DNA of 64,000 bases, filler included, from Basidiobolus ranarum (lineage: Eukaryota), in assembly GCA_040143965.1 (NCBI GenBank). It is 33 parts of 33 records of this genome, joined end to end, with 100 filler letters (N's around TTAATTAATTAA, not from the genome) between each part and the next. Parts side by side here need not be neighbours in the genome. Positions count along the whole stretch, not along the records: positions 11,714 to 13,563 come from JASJQH010004219.1; positions 13,664 to 15,513 come from JASJQH010004220.1; positions 15,614 to 17,463 come from JASJQH010004221.1; positions 17,564 to 19,412 come from JASJQH010004222.1; positions 19,513 to 21,360 come from JASJQH010004223.1; positions 21,461 to 23,307 come from JASJQH010004224.1; positions 23,408 to 25,253 come from JASJQH010004225.1; positions 25,354 to 27,199 come from JASJQH010004226.1; 25 more parts are not named here. One strand, written 5' to 3'. This document shows positions 12,860-26,671 of this stretch, one piece after another. Positions within the stretch are counted from its first letter, which is position 1, and the number at the start of each line of letters is the position of its first letter. A model generated the notes under the pieces. That model was not told the origin of the DNA, made no database searches, and was given only the letters and a program-made list of their open reading frames with translations. Made by a program: the position numbers and the translations under genes.

Positions 12860-13563
12860 CCCTAACAGAAATTTGAGGACTGTTATTGTAGGAAAACCAT
12901 TTACTCACTATCATAAAATTGTCAAGTTAGATTTGATTTTAATCCATTTTTTCAGTTTTGGGAGTGAAGTTTCAAGATCTCACAAAATAGTTGCACATGA
13001 TTGGCTACAATCTCAGAGAACTATGGATCAACACATGTACAAAAAACATAACTCAAATTTTACACAATTACCACTTAAATGCTAATTTATCACCTTTGAA
13101 ATACCTAGTCTCTTTGATATATTCTCCTGAATATTTTTATAGAGTTCTTTGTACCTAAGGTTTAGCTCATACCCAACACAGGTTTGTATCAATATCTCCA
13201 TCAAAGCTCACCATTGTGTTAATGTTGCTGAATCAACATTCTGCCAGCTATCTGGCAAATATCCTGCAATATTGTGCCACTCTATATTAAGTTCTTCCCA
13301 GATATCTACATGGTCAACGCCAGACTGAATGTCAAGTTCAATGTTCTTCTTCTGAAGCCACTTTCTGCATACTTCCACTGCATTTTTCCCTTCATACTTT
13401 TGAAAATACTCCTCAAGCACTTTGACTATTCTTGCATGTCCTTGTAGTGTGACACTACTGAGGGTACTTTGCGGTGTTTGTGTGGCTTTTTGCTTGCCTT
13501 TAACTTTGAGGCTAATTTCAACACTTTGAAAAGTACCAGTTGAGGTTTGAGAGCCGTGAGTTT
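12860..13563 (+). mobile_element. CACTA left arm starting at TIR CCCTAACAGAAAT, containing the 3' end of a minus-strand second ORF
   Basis: Same start at 16911, 32895 and 50186, reversed at 40452 and 49670; ORF 13208-13420. Confidence 0.82.
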
Positions 13564-13663
13564 NNNNNNNNNNNNNNNNNNNNNNNNNNNNNNNNNNNNN
13601 NNNNNNNTTAATTAATTAANNNNNNNNNNNNNNNNNNNNNNNNNNNNNNNNNNNNNNNNNNNN

Positions 13664-15513
13664 ATGCATTACCAGCAAACTAATGTTGGAAAATTGCTAA
13701 ACATCTAAAGTTTTTAATAGCACTGACACTTGGCAAATAGCTGACTCTTGTTACCATTCACAATGAGAATAAGCTCTTGTATTTTGGCAAATTTCTGTAA
13801 AGATTTCAGCCAATAAATTCCCAACTTGCAGGCAACAAATGTCCAACCACTAATAGATATATCATTGTTTAAATAGATTACCCAATGGCTAAAACAATAA
13901 CATTGCAAATCTTGATCTTTCTCACCAAGAAGTCTGTCTTGCAGCTTTCCTCAAAATACCATCAGATTATCACACAAGCAAATTAGTCCAAATGATAGAG
14001 ATACTTACTCTGTGTCCATGGATTGGGCTTTGTTGCTGTTATTGTGCTGAAACAATGCAAAACCCGTGAGCACACTGAAAAGAGCCCTTTATTGGCAGGT
14101 TAATATACTCTGTAGTCTACTTAAACCATTGCACAACATCCATCACTGAATTTGCTGATATATTGTTAATCTGTTTAACATATGGTAATACAGATGATTT
14201 CACACAAAGCATCAATTCAACACAGGTGTGCTCCATTGGTAACTCCCAAAATGTATAGCAAGGGCCTATAGTCTCTAAGCATGGTGAAAGATGCAGCAGG
14301 GAATGTATTGATAGCAGCATAGATTCAGTCTATCTTCATCAAGTCTGCAATAAAGTTTTTTGTATCCAATTATAAAATCTTTGCATAGTCATTGTATCTG
14401 CCTGAGATCTGTCAATGTGAGTTGACACCATAAGAATATATTAACAACATCAACAAACAACTGCCAATCTTGCCAATACTAATCAGGTAGAAATCTTTTC
14501 AAAATTCCACTTGAATTTATACAAATCCAATACTTCCAGTCTTTGCATTTGAATAAATGCCCAGATGAGTAGATATTGATGGAAGTCCTGGCAAAATATG
14601 ATGGTATCTTGATGTTTTCAAGCATTTTCCCAATAGATTCAAACTTTGATCCTATCCCAAATGGCTCATTGATATTGAGTTTTCTAATATATACCTGAAT
14701 AGGTAGTATTGGAATGTTGTTGAATAGTAAGTGCATATTTGCTAATGGGAAACTCTGGCTCCAGCTGATCCCCTTTAGCAATACAATCTTAAGCTTGCAG
14801 CTAATACCAATTCTGATGTTAGACTGACTATTTAGTGAATTGATATCAGTGATAATATTGAAATCTCACCCAGCTTTTGACAGTAAAATCATGCAATTTA
14901 GTGTTGTACTTGAACAGTAGTAATGCATATGCCTAATAGAGCAAACTCCATTGATTTGACAGAATCTGCAGCAAGATAGTGCAGTGTGCCTGCAAAAACC
15001 TCCAAGTTTACTAATGCCAGGAGTGTCATCAATACAGACAATGATATTAGCTTTATTAAAATATTCACCCATCCAAACCCCATTAGATACCCATTTAAAT
15101 TCCTCAATCAAAGGCTCCACAAAGCTATCTATATGCACTGGTGATTTAGGTCCAGATATCATTGTTAGTTTTGAAATATTATGACTCTTCTATCACTCAG
15201 AAGGAGAAAGATTCAAGTTGATTAAAATTATTGGTCAGCAAGCCTTTCCAATAGTATATTTGTTTAGTGAGAAACCAACCAGAGCCAATGAAAATGCATG
15301 ATCATAAGTGTTGTCAAAGAAACATTAACTTTTCAGATTCTGGTAGTGATATCCATCAGGTATATTGGTAATACCATCAGCTTTATGGTGAGGTAGTTTT
15401 ATTACTGAAGGATTATAAGTCATACAAGTGACAAGGGTTTTCCACTTGTACCAGGTTTGTGGCAAGCAACAGTTGCCAACCAACTGTAGTAAAACTGTAA
15501 GAAAACCAATAAA
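13664..15513 (-). mobile_element. CACTA transposase pseudogene plus 3' arm
   Basis: ORFs 14117-14320, 14479-14781 and 14866-15162 are homologous to 5971-7306 and 23663-24013. Confidence 0.88.
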
Positions 15514-15613
15514 NNNNNNNNNNNNNNNNNNNNNNNNNNNNNNNNNNNNNNNNNNNNTTAATTAATTAANNNNNNNNNNNNNNNNNNNNNNNNNNNNNNN
15601 NNNNNNNNNNNNN

Positions 15614-15818
15614 TGTTTCACCTTGCAATATCTATATAAGCCCCATGTATTCCTTGATCAGACCTCAGTCTGATCAATGCCAGTTATCAATAAAGATTCT
15701 TGCCAAAGTTTCTTCCTTGTCCAGTCTTGTCTTGTCTTGTGGTCTACACCCAAGTACTCTCCTGCCTTCTAGCCTCTTGTTGTTGTTTCCAGTCCTTGTC
15801 CAGTTCCTTATTGTGACA
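15614..15818 (+). mobile_element. 3' part of LTR family H (probably Gypsy-type)
   Basis: TATA box, AATAAA, ends TGTGACA; near-identical reverse copy at 54178-54367. Confidence 0.72.
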
Positions 15819-16002
15819 CCAATTCATAATTAATCTTAGATGGAAAAACATATTTGAATACCTTTATTGATGCTTAGATAAGATACATTTGGGCTGACTT
15901 CAAGGAAAGAAAAGAAGAAGTTCTCTCTATCTTTGGAGATTTTAAAATAATTATGGATATGGAAACTCTCACTAAAATCAAGAAAATATGTAATACTGAT
16001 GA

Positions 16003-16910
16003 TGTTAAAGTATTTAGGAGCATCTTTGAAGTGGTTTGGAGAATTAGAGGAATTGGTGGTTTTCATTTATTGATCTATTGAGTAGAGAGTTGACATTTAT
16101 AGTTTTGTCAAGATGTAAGCAAACTAATGTGTAGAATGTGTTAAGGAAGGTCCCAGGAACATGTGTGCAAAGTGTGGGGCTTCTTTGAGAAATCTATATA
16201 TCTGAGAACTTCTAAGTTGGTGAAAATATTCCTACTAAATTCTGATTGAGAATAATGGATAATATCTTTGTGAATTATAGAATAACTAAGTACTAAGCTA
16301 TATATGACTATATAGGTGTTTAGGCAATGCTAATTTTAACACTCTCCCTCTACTAAATTGTCATATAAACTGATCCTAATAAAGGTCTATATTTCTCAAA
16401 TTTCTGTCTAGCTGATGGTTTGGTTAATATATCAGCAATCATGTCTTCTGTAGAGCAATAAGTTAATTCAATAAACTTATTCTCCGTAGTCTCTCTAATG
16501 AAGTGGTGTCTAATATCTGTATGTTTGCTTCAATTATGAAACATGGGATTTTTAGCCAATTTGATATAGCTTTAATTACATTAAAATATTGTAGTTGGTA
16601 ACTTTTGAGAATAGCCTAATTCTGTTCAAAGTTTTCTTAACCATATTGCTGCTATTGTTGCTTCACAGGCAGCTATGTATTCAGCTTCTGTTGTTGAAAC
16701 CGCAACAGTAGGTTGTTTATTTAGATTCCAAGAAATAGTTTCATTAGAGCAAAGAAATAAGTATCCTGTTTTAGATCTTGTGTCTTCAATATCTCTTGCC
16801 CAATTTGCATCTGAATATCCCATCAGATCAAAGTTTGACCCAGAATATGTGTATTTTAGGCACAGATCCACAGTACCTTTCCAATATCTCAAAATCCACT
16901 TAACTGCTAT
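16003..16910 (-). mobile_element. Copia family-A 3' end: RT/RNase H relic, polypurine tract and LTR (16003-16341)
   Basis: GYSDANWA and STTEAEY motifs; tract CTCTCCCTC at 16342. Confidence 0.93.
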
Positions 16911-17463
16911 CCCTAACAGAAAATTGAGGATTGTTATTATAGGGAAACTGTCACAATTTTAATCCATTTGGGATCAACCATTGACTTATCATCATAAAAT
17001 CATCAAGTTAGATTTGACTCTAATCAATTTTTTCAGTTTCAGGAGTGAAATTTCAAGATCTGGCAAAATAGTTGCAAATGATTGGCTACAATATCAGAGA
17101 GCCATGGATCAATGCATGTGCAAAAAATGTAACTCAAATTTTACACATTTACCATTTGACCAATAATTTGGGACCTTCAAAATTCTTAGTTTCTTTGATA
17201 TATTCTCCTGAATATTTTTATAGAGTTCCTCATACCCAAGGTTTAGCTCATACCCAAGGTTTAGCTCATATCCAACACAAGTTGGTATCAATATCTCCAT
17301 CAAAGCCCACCATTCTATTAATGTTGCTGCATCAACATTCTTCCAGCTATCTGGCAGATACCCGGCAATATTGTGCCACTCTGTATTATGTTCTTCCCAG
17401 ATATCTGCATGGTCAACACCAGACTGAATGTCAAGTTGAATATTCTTCTTTGGAAGCCACTTT
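16911..17463 (+). mobile_element. CACTA left arm abutting Copia RT
   Basis: TIR CCCTAACAGAAA; in-frame 18-bp tandem duplication at 17231-17266. Confidence 0.85.
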
Positions 17464-20400
17464 NNNNNNNNNNNNNNNNNNNNNNNNNNNNNNNNNNNNN
17501 NNNNNNNTTAATTAATTAANNNNNNNNNNNNNNNNNNNNNNNNNNNNNNNNNNNNNNNNNNNNCTTAAGCCATAATGTTGAATTTTTGGCTCTTTAAAGC
17601 ATAGAATTTAGTTATTAAGCTGATAAGGTATAACTTCAGTATAAAAAACATGTTGTATTCAAAGTTAGTTGACTCACTGCACTCAATAAAAGTGTGCATG
17701 ATATCACCAAGATGGGTAAATTCACTAGACAGTGTAGTCAGTGTGGCAAACAAAACATTCAAATACAGAGCAAATAACAAAATATTGTTGCTTGAAAAGG
17801 TGCATGCAAGAAAATGAAGCAGTTTTGAGCAATAGTATATATTGTGTCAGAAATCATAGGTTGTTGGTCATTTATCACTTGGTTCAAATTGGAACATCTA
17901 TTGTGTGTATGTGAGAATTGTTCAAGCATTTACAAAGTTAAACACAAACATTGGAAGGCATCCAAACAACAACATAGTTTACTTTTGCTTTTGCTTTGAA
18001 CACATTGCTATTGTTTGCTTTTATTATTTCATTGCCAGTAATTAACATCTCTCAACCTCATACTGGCTCCATTTCTTGAAGCCCCTTCCACAATGCTCAT
18101 GTTTTCATAACACCTTAATTCAATGATTTAGAGCAAATTAAATTCAGAGCAGTGGTTTGGAGGGAATAGCAAACTCCTAGACTAACCCTAGCTCAATATA
18201 ATGGGATTGTTTTGGTTTTCAACCAATTGGTGTTTGACAAAGTAATTGTAACCAGTTTGGAGGTGATACATGAAAAAGTTAGGTTTTACTATTTCGGGAT
18301 AAAGAGCTTCAATGTAAGTATCATTGTTTAGTTAATAAAGTTATGGTCTATAAGCGGATTTTGTACCTAGTGATATTAGACTAAGTAATGCTAGCTTACT
18401 TTGATGAGATTTATGAAGTAGTTAGAGGTATAAGGACTGAGATAGCAAAAACGATACCGATAATAATTTTGTTTCACATCAACACTTTTCAGAGACTTCA
18501 ATTTCTGTCCATTACTCGGAATAACTGAATATCAAAATATAAACATGTGAAAAGAGCCAGGAGACTAGACACAGAAACATATATTAGTCTCACCCCTCTA
18601 ATACCAATGGATCTACTTTGGTGATCAAAACCTTTGGGGGACCAGTAACCTTCGTTCAAAGAGATCATTGATGGAAAAAGCCCTGTTTGACTTGATAACC
18701 AATACTTGAGCTGAAGGTAAGTATTGTCTCGGTACTTATACCAACAGCTGGGAATATGAGGTAGCTCGTAGTAGCCCAAGATGATCCGAGTGGATTGTAG
18801 GTAGAACCACAAGATGAGAGAGTGTGGAAGTGGTGTTTGTTGTTAGTGTTCCGAGCCATGGAACAATGATACAAATACTGCCGACAGTAGAGATTACGTC
18901 CCAACTTATCATGGATACTGATACGGTTGATTCCCAACCCTTCAGAATATGGAAGCCAATACCTAGTACTCTACACGTAATCACATGAGCATAGCCAAAT
19001 AAATCCCATTTTGTTATTCATGGAAGCATTTGTTATTTCCTGGATTAAATGCTATATTGAGCATGGGCTCGATATAGGATTACAAATAGCCCCATGTCGA
19101 ATGAGCATTGGAGTCAACCGACTTGGATGCCTATAAAACTGAAAATAGCCGCCCCTTCAATGTTAAAAATGGGAGGGGCTTGAGACCTTCTCATTGGCAA
19201 GCGAACGAAATTGCATCACCTTATACGTAACATTGCACTCGAACTCGTCATGTGAATTATTCTGAAGGTGGGTATAGAGGCCTGTCGATGTTAAGCTGAA
19301 TGCTACGTCGGATTGGAGTGTCTCCACCACGCACGATCTCTACAGAGAAACAGTTGTGTATGGCATGAAAAGAGTCAGAGAGCAATTCGAGCTCGTCGTA
19401 ATACATTTGAGTNNNNNNNNNNNNNNNNNNNNNNNNNNNNNNNNNNNNNNNNNNNNTTAATTAATTAANNNNNNNNNNNNNNNNNNNNNNNNNNNNNNNN
19501 NNNNNNNNNNNNTAGTTTCCTTTCCATTAATTTTATTCGATTCTTCCAATGTACATTCAATTGATGGAAAATCTGCCTAAGAATTGATTTTTCGTGTCTT
19601 ATTTCAAGTTGATACAGCCAAATAAATGAACATTTATGATAACATATTGCCCGTGAATTTTATTCGTGTAATCGCCATCCAAAACCAATGACTGAAGCGC
19701 GAATCAGATCACTTTGAGCAATGCTCTAGACTATTCGGTTGTAAATTTTGTGAAATGATGGAAGTGGAGGAATCAGGCAAGTCTCACTCATGAATGCGAG
19801 AATGATATGGCAGAGCGGAAGTACGCATTCCTAAATTTCTGGCAATGTAAAAGAAAGTCCAAGCAATGCCTCTTCATAGCCATAGCACTTCGTTTGGGCT
19901 GGAGTGGCTGCAGCTAGGAAGAGTCTATTTATTACACAACGCAGATGACACCGAGTTTATCTAATAGTCTCAGACCTAACTCGCTGATGCCCCATTCTAT
20001 ATTGTATACTATACAGTTATATAGGTTTCGGAATCAACACATAAGACTGATTGGTTTCTAATGTAGTGGAGAATCAATGGCTCATTGTGTTGATCTCTCC
20101 TAGAAGACTCGCCATTGAGCAGCTCCTGCGCCAACTACTCTGCTTCATTTCAAGTTGAACATTATTTACTTTACATATTAAACTCCGCTTCACCCAATAG
20201 ATTTTATGTGCCATAGAATAGAGGATGTGGGTTTCTGAACCCTGTATTAAAATAAATATGCGAGGAATATGGCACTTCATTTGTGACGTATTGTCAAGTG
20301 ATTTCACTAATTTCGGACATTATGTGGATTTAATTGGTGATTAATAGGCGCACTTGTTCGATCAAGTCAAACTGAAGTCGTCCTATTGGTTTCGTAGGTG

Positions 20401-20656
20401 CAGTCATCTATACCAATCCAGCTATTTTAGAGTACCTTTTCGGGCACTTAATGGTCAATTTCCCCACTCCAAGATCAATGAGGATGCACAATTCCCTGAA
20501 ATAACAAAAATGTGAAAACACATGAAGCAGCCATATCACTTAGTTTGGCGATATCTACAAATTCGTTACTTTGGTTAATAATTCGCGATAAACCCTTTAC
20601 TTTCACCTGTTGGTGGGTTTCCATTGAAACGAACCCTATTGAAGAATCAGCTGAGC

Positions 20657-21360
20657 ATGGATAATCCGGATTCCACTGCAGTCCGTGAAGAGAATAAAGG
20701 TGATGTAATCAACAGTAATGACAATCCAACGGGAATACGAGGCTTCATTGGTAAACTTTTCGGTTCTAATAAGAATTCCGAGACGAGAGCTGATGGTGAG
20801 CAAGATACATCATCCGAGGATCCAAGTGAAAATAAAACGAAATCCAAAAAAAGCCAAGAAGAACAGAAGCAAAGAATAAAGGATCTATGGGGGAAAGTTC
20901 GTGATCATGTCGTAAGCACTGATAAAACTGGTGGTGTGCTACCGTTAGCTGATGTAGTGGAAATCATGGAGCCGGTTTGGAAGGTATATATCAAACTAAA
21001 AGTATTACTACACCTCTCAGAGATAAACTATTCATATTTTTTAAATATATATTAGAGCAAAGCTGCCGACAACAAAAATGTACAGCCTATGGAGGACCAG
21101 TATTGGCTAGAGGTTCTTGACCCTAAACATAGATGGGGAGGGGCGCTGGCTAAACATCATAAAGTCTGGCAAAGCTTAGATACTGATACAGATTTCTTCA
21201 CTTGGTTGGATATAGACAAAGGATATCGATCACACCCTAAGTTGTGGCCCATGCGGCTTCTAGAAAAACTTACCTCAGTGAGCATCTTGGAGCCTGAGGA
21301 GCGAGAAGATTATGGAGTGATTGCTAATGATGATGGAAAGCTTATATTCAAAAAAAGCGG
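20657..21360 (+). CDS. IQM-like (IQ calmodulin-binding family) protein, 5' part, intron about 20984-21055
   Basis: QYWLEVLDPKHRWG..W....FFTWLD..G and L.PEEREDY resemble the conserved IQM core; GT..AG intron joins the two ORFs. Confidence 0.72.
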
Positions 21361-21460
21361 NNNNNNNNNNNNNNNNNNNNNNNNNNNNNNNNNNNNNNNN
21401 NNNNTTAATTAATTAANNNNNNNNNNNNNNNNNNNNNNNNNNNNNNNNNNNNNNNNNNNN

Positions 21461-22380
21461 AAGAAAATTTGACTTTTCAGATTCTGGTAGTGATATCCAT
21501 CAAGGATATTGGTAATATTATCAGCTTTATGGTGAGTACGTTGGTATTGGATCTATGATCTATATTTGGTTGTTTTCATCAAAACTTCAAGACAGGGAAT
21601 CAATGGTATGTAAGCCAAATGTGAGCAATATTTATCTGATTCAGTGATTACTAATTTTGTGCAAACAGTACATGACTTCAGGCTTTGCAGATCATCGGTG
21701 AAAGCCAAACAACCATTTGGACATGAAGGTAGTTTGATTACTGAAGGATTATAAGTCTTATGATTGACAAGTGTTTTCCACTTGTACCAGGTCTGTGGCA
21801 AGCAACCGTTGCCAATCAACTCTGGTTAAGGGTAAGAAAACTTATAAACACCTGGTTGCTAACATTGGATTGAACTCTCCACTCTTCAAAAATCAAAGCT
21901 GCTTCCTTTACAGTAAGTGTTATGAGTGGACTAATGTTTACCAATAACAAACAGTCCATAACAAAGCCATTGTCTTCTTCTTCAATTTCTGATATACAAC
22001 CATCAGTACTGGAATTACCAAGGTCAACATCTAGCAGCAAGTCCTCAAAGTTGTCTGGACTTACTGGTTTGACCAAAGTTGCATTTCTACCTACATCATT
22101 CTTGTCATATAACTCTGGTAACTCCATGATATCTTGACTTTTGGCAGTTTAACCAAAACTTTGAGGCAAAGTACAGTCAGTGGACCCAATGGGCAAAACT
22201 AAAGTCAACTTAGTGCACTTATTACTGCTGTTATACACCAGGCTTTGTGCAGCTGGTGGCATTGTACAGTGACAATGCTTATGATTATTTTTTTTATGAG
22301 GCCTCCAGCTTTCATAGCACAAGAATTTGCAACAATAATAGCAGGGCTTCTCTAAAGGTATGTGTTGCAGCATGTGAAGG
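21461..22380 (-). mobile_element. CACTA transposase 5' region
   Basis: Homologous to 5860-6700. Confidence 0.88.
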
Positions 22381-22597
22381 ATATTGAAGAAAAAAGAACC
22401 CCTTCAATGTAAGGGTGGTATTATAGGTATAGCCCATCAATATCATCAGCTGATTCTGAGATGGTGTCACACATAAGTCATAAGGAGATTCACAAGTTAT
22501 TTCCAGTAATAGATGGCAATTTTGGTTTATTATAAGCTGTTTCTAAGCAATCTCATTACACTAAGTTTACCATCTGAAACTTTCAAGACATTCAAAA

Positions 22598-23307
22598 TGC
22601 ATTTGAAATCTAAATCAAAATTGGCTTCCAAGCCCAAGCCTGCTGGCACAAAGGAAAAAAGCCAGCAAGAAAACAGGACTTGATTGTTGAGCAGTCTATC
22701 CATCCACTATCCACTTTGGAAGGCATTAACATGCCAGAAACTAACTCAAGTAATGATGAAGCATTAATCAATTTACTAGATGTTTTCCTTTCCAGTGGTA
22801 GGGCAAGTGAAAAGATTGTAGTCACCCAATTACATAGTAAATCAATAGTTTAGCAAAGTTTCACCAAAACATCATCAAGACCATCAACTTCCAAACTGGC
22901 TACTTTTCCTACTATTGAACAACCTTCTGCAGAAAAATTGGATAGAATTATTACAAATAGGGAATCACAGGCAGAACACTGTAATGATTTGTATGCAATC
23001 ATAAGTAAGAACTACAAAGTTGCCATACAGGCCATGATAAATAAAAATGCCACAATATCACAATTAGTGCAGCATTTGGAAGCAGCTAGTCAACAGATAG
23101 AGAGTCACTCAACAATGAGACAAGACCTTCAGAATGCTATACTTGAGCTACACCAACATGCTGCTTGCTTTTTCTATGTCATGATTCTGATCTTGGCATA
23201 CTGATCCACTGCATATGGAACTCTTCTATTATTAGATTATGACATCATATCTACTGTGCCATCCCTTCTCGGCAATATGCTGTCAGTTCATCCAGATTAC
23301 CTTATAT
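22598..23307 (+). pseudogene. Second, divergently oriented ORF of the CACTA element (unknown function)
   Basis: Stop-interrupted frame including ORF 22938-23204; its 3' part recurs at 50596-50812 and about 40458-40505. Confidence 0.55.
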
Positions 23308-23407
23308 NNNNNNNNNNNNNNNNNNNNNNNNNNNNNNNNNNNNNNNNNNNNTTAATTAATTAANNNNNNNNNNNNNNNNNNNNNNNNNNNNNNNNNNNNN
23401 NNNNNNN

Positions 23408-24775
23408 TCACCCAAATATAGATCATTGATCCAATACCAAAGTACTCACCGTAAAGCTGATGGTATTACCAATATACTTGATGGATATCACTACCAGAAT
23501 CTGAAGAGTCAAGGTTTCTTTGTGAATGTATATGAGCATTCATTTGCATTGGCTCTGGATGGTTTCTCACTAAACTAATGTACTGTTGGAAAGGCTTGCT
23601 GGCCAAAAATTTTAATCAACTTAAATCTTCCTCCTTCTGAACAATATAACGGTCTTAATATCTTGATACTACATATATACAGGTTTAAAGAAGATAGACT
23701 GAATCTATGCCATTATTCAATACATTCCCTGCTGCATCTTTCACCATGCTTAGAGATTATAGGCCCATGCAATAGTTTCTGGGAGTTCCCAATGGAGCAC
23801 ACCTGTGGTGAAATGATGCTCCTTGTGAAATTGTCAGTAACACCCTATGCTAATCTGATTAACAATGCATCAGCTAATTCAGTAATGGATGCAATGAAAT
23901 GGGTTAAGGAGACTCTAGGATATATTAATCTGCTAACAAAGGGCTCTTTTCAAAGTGCTCATGGGTTTTCACATTGTTTGAGCACAATAACAGCAACAAA
24001 GCCTAATCTATGAACACATGGCAAGTACCTCTATAATTTGGACTAATTTGCTTGTGTGATATTGTGATGGTATTTTTAGGAAAGCTGCAAGACAGACTTC
24101 TTGGTGAGATAGATCAAGATATGCAGAATTATTATTTTAACCATGGGGTAATCTATACAAGCAATGACACATCTACTTGTGGCAGGACATTTGTTGACTG
24201 CAAGTTGGGGATATATTGACCACATTCTTTACGGAAATTTGCCAAAATCCAAGAGCTTATTCTCATTGTGAATGGTAACAAGAGTCAGCTATTTGACAAG
24301 TGTCAGTGCTATTCAAAATTTAGATGTTTAGCAATTTTCCACCATTAGTTTGCTGGTAAAGCATATTGATGTTGTTGAGTTGTGTCTAATCAGTCAAGTA
24401 TGTGTATATGTAGAGGCTAAACACAACAAGATTCTTGCATTTTTTGGTTCTCATCATGGCTGGAAGACAAAGTCTAAAATACCTAAATATAAGCATGCAT
24501 ATTAATTGAAATTCCTAAAGCAGTAAACCCAGTAATTTGCCATTTGAAGATTATATTTTACAAAAATAGCCAGATATTGAATAAGGCATGCCAAATTGGA
24601 GGATCAATATTTTAATATGCATGAATACCGTAAAAATACTCTCAAGAAGCCACCGTCACACCATCAAAATCCCTGGCAGAAGGCAAGCCACCAATATTTT
24701 GATGGTCCTCTAATGGTTTTGCTCTTTTGGAGGATGGATCCAATCTGGATCAAATCAATTTTATTTTTGTTAGGG
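23408..24775 (+). mobile_element. CACTA transposase (internally deleted), right arm and TIR
   Basis: FWEFPMEHTCG; ends ATTTTTGTTAGGG, the inverted counterpart of CCCTAACAGAAAT. Confidence 0.88.
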
Positions 24776-25353
24776 TTAACATCATAGTTAACTTTAGCTA
24801 TGATAGATATATCTGAAATAGAAGGCAATGTATCTATAGCTGCTATATTCTAAATAGAAATATCTCTATATCTATATAACATATATGTCTTATTACCCCC
24901 ACTCATCTATTATATGTTATTAAACAAATTCCTCAATATCTCAAACAATTGACTTACTTTTCTACTATATAAGTCACCGTATACCTAGGGAAATATGGCT
25001 AAGACTGCAATCAAAACAACTTATGCTAGTCAGAGATGCTGACTCTGCCAAGAATGCAAGGGAAATCATAGTGGAACATCATGAGCATAAAGGGCTTGCT
25101 CACTTGATAGTGCTACAAAAAACTCTAACACTCTTGTATGTCTGAGGATTCAGATAGTATGACATATGCAAATGGTGTCAAGAAACTTGCCCAAAAACTG
25201 GAATCAGTGAATTATGAAGTATGTGAAATGGATATAATTCCTACCTTAAGCAANNNNNNNNNNNNNNNNNNNNNNNNNNNNNNNNNNNNNNNNNNNNTTA
25301 ATTAATTAANNNNNNNNNNNNNNNNNNNNNNNNNNNNNNNNNNNNNNNNNNNN

Positions 25354-26242
25354 GGGCATTAACGAATTTAACACTTTGCATGGCATCGACTGCCATGTTG
25401 GCGAAGAAATCGCTATCACTAAAGAGAGATGAGTGAGAAGTCGAATTGGGAAGAAATAACATATTTTGATACTTGGTGAATTTATCATGTTCACCAGAAA
25501 TTGTCTAAAAATCTTACCTTCCGATAATTTTACTTGACATACTGGTCTTGGCAACGTTGATCAAAGAATCACGTCCAAGTGCATCGACCTTGGTGGTCAT
25601 CTGGTCGGCAATGAATTTACACGCCTCTTTACTAGCTAACCTGTAGCCAGAAATAATGGTAGTAGGGTGTATCTTATTTTTAACCAATTCGTTGGCTCTC
25701 TTTAAAAGTTCAGCAGCAATAATGACTACAGAAGTAGTACCGTCACCGACTTCTTTATCTTGCTGTTGAGCTAGCTCTACTAATACTTTTCCGGCTGGGT
25801 GTTCAACTTCGAGTAAATTTAATATGGTAGCACCATCGTTAGAAATAGTGACATCCTAAAATTAATACTTGGTTTAGCAAAATGGGACTCTTTTAAGGTA
25901 TTTCTACATAGTCTTCTATTTTACTACTTACACCAATATCATCTACCATCATTTTGTCCAAACCAACGGGACCAAGGGAACTTTTGACGATGTTGGCGAT
26001 GGAAACGGCGGCCATAACTAAAACGCGAACAAAACAAAGTCAATTTTATTAGAAGGGAACTTTTTATGTCACCATTAGGTATAAACTATCAGGAATGTTC
26101 ACCAGATTGCGATGATTACAAGTGCCTTTGTATAGAAAATAGTGTATAGAATGACTTTCATACCATTTTGACTTCTTACGTCTTGTCCGGAGAAACGTTC
26201 ACCTCCGAGGAATAAAGCTGGGTTATGTTCCTTTGCATACAT
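25354..26242 (-). CDS. TCP1: T-complex protein 1 subunit alpha, 5' part, 4 exons
   Basis: MYAKEHNPALFLGGERFSGQDVRSQN / SSLGPVGLDKMMVDDIG / DVTISNDGATIL..EVGDGTTSVVIIAAELLKRANELVKNKIHPT; GT-AG introns. Confidence 0.96.
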
Positions 26243-26671
26243 GGTTTGACTCGTTCAATAGGTAAAAAATGCCAACAAACTTTGGAAAGCAGACCAAAAA
26301 GGAATGATAGTAAAGTAATAAAGGATAATTTAGATTCCACTTGGTAAATGTAGAAATATAGTGATTGGATTCGTTCAGAAATTCACTCAGAAAATCACCA
26401 CAGTCAATCCCAAATTCTGGACATATGCTAATCCAAATACTCGATCTTCCAGTGCTTTCTGCCACAATCATGGCTCGAACATTCCAGAATATAATGTTCA
26501 GGAAACATCATCACCAAATGTAAGTAATGTTCATGGCAAAAAATCGAAAAATGTGATGCTTTTATTACACTACAATGATTACATCTTTCTTGGTTCTGGA
26601 GGGATTTTTTTAGAGGAAGAGCTTTTCTGTTTTGGAGAGAAAAAAGGGGATTGTGTACATTTTGAAAAAAC

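Noticed and set aside
18498-18984. Three overlapping minus-strand ORFs
   Set aside because: No recognisable motif or consistent gene model; cannot be supported
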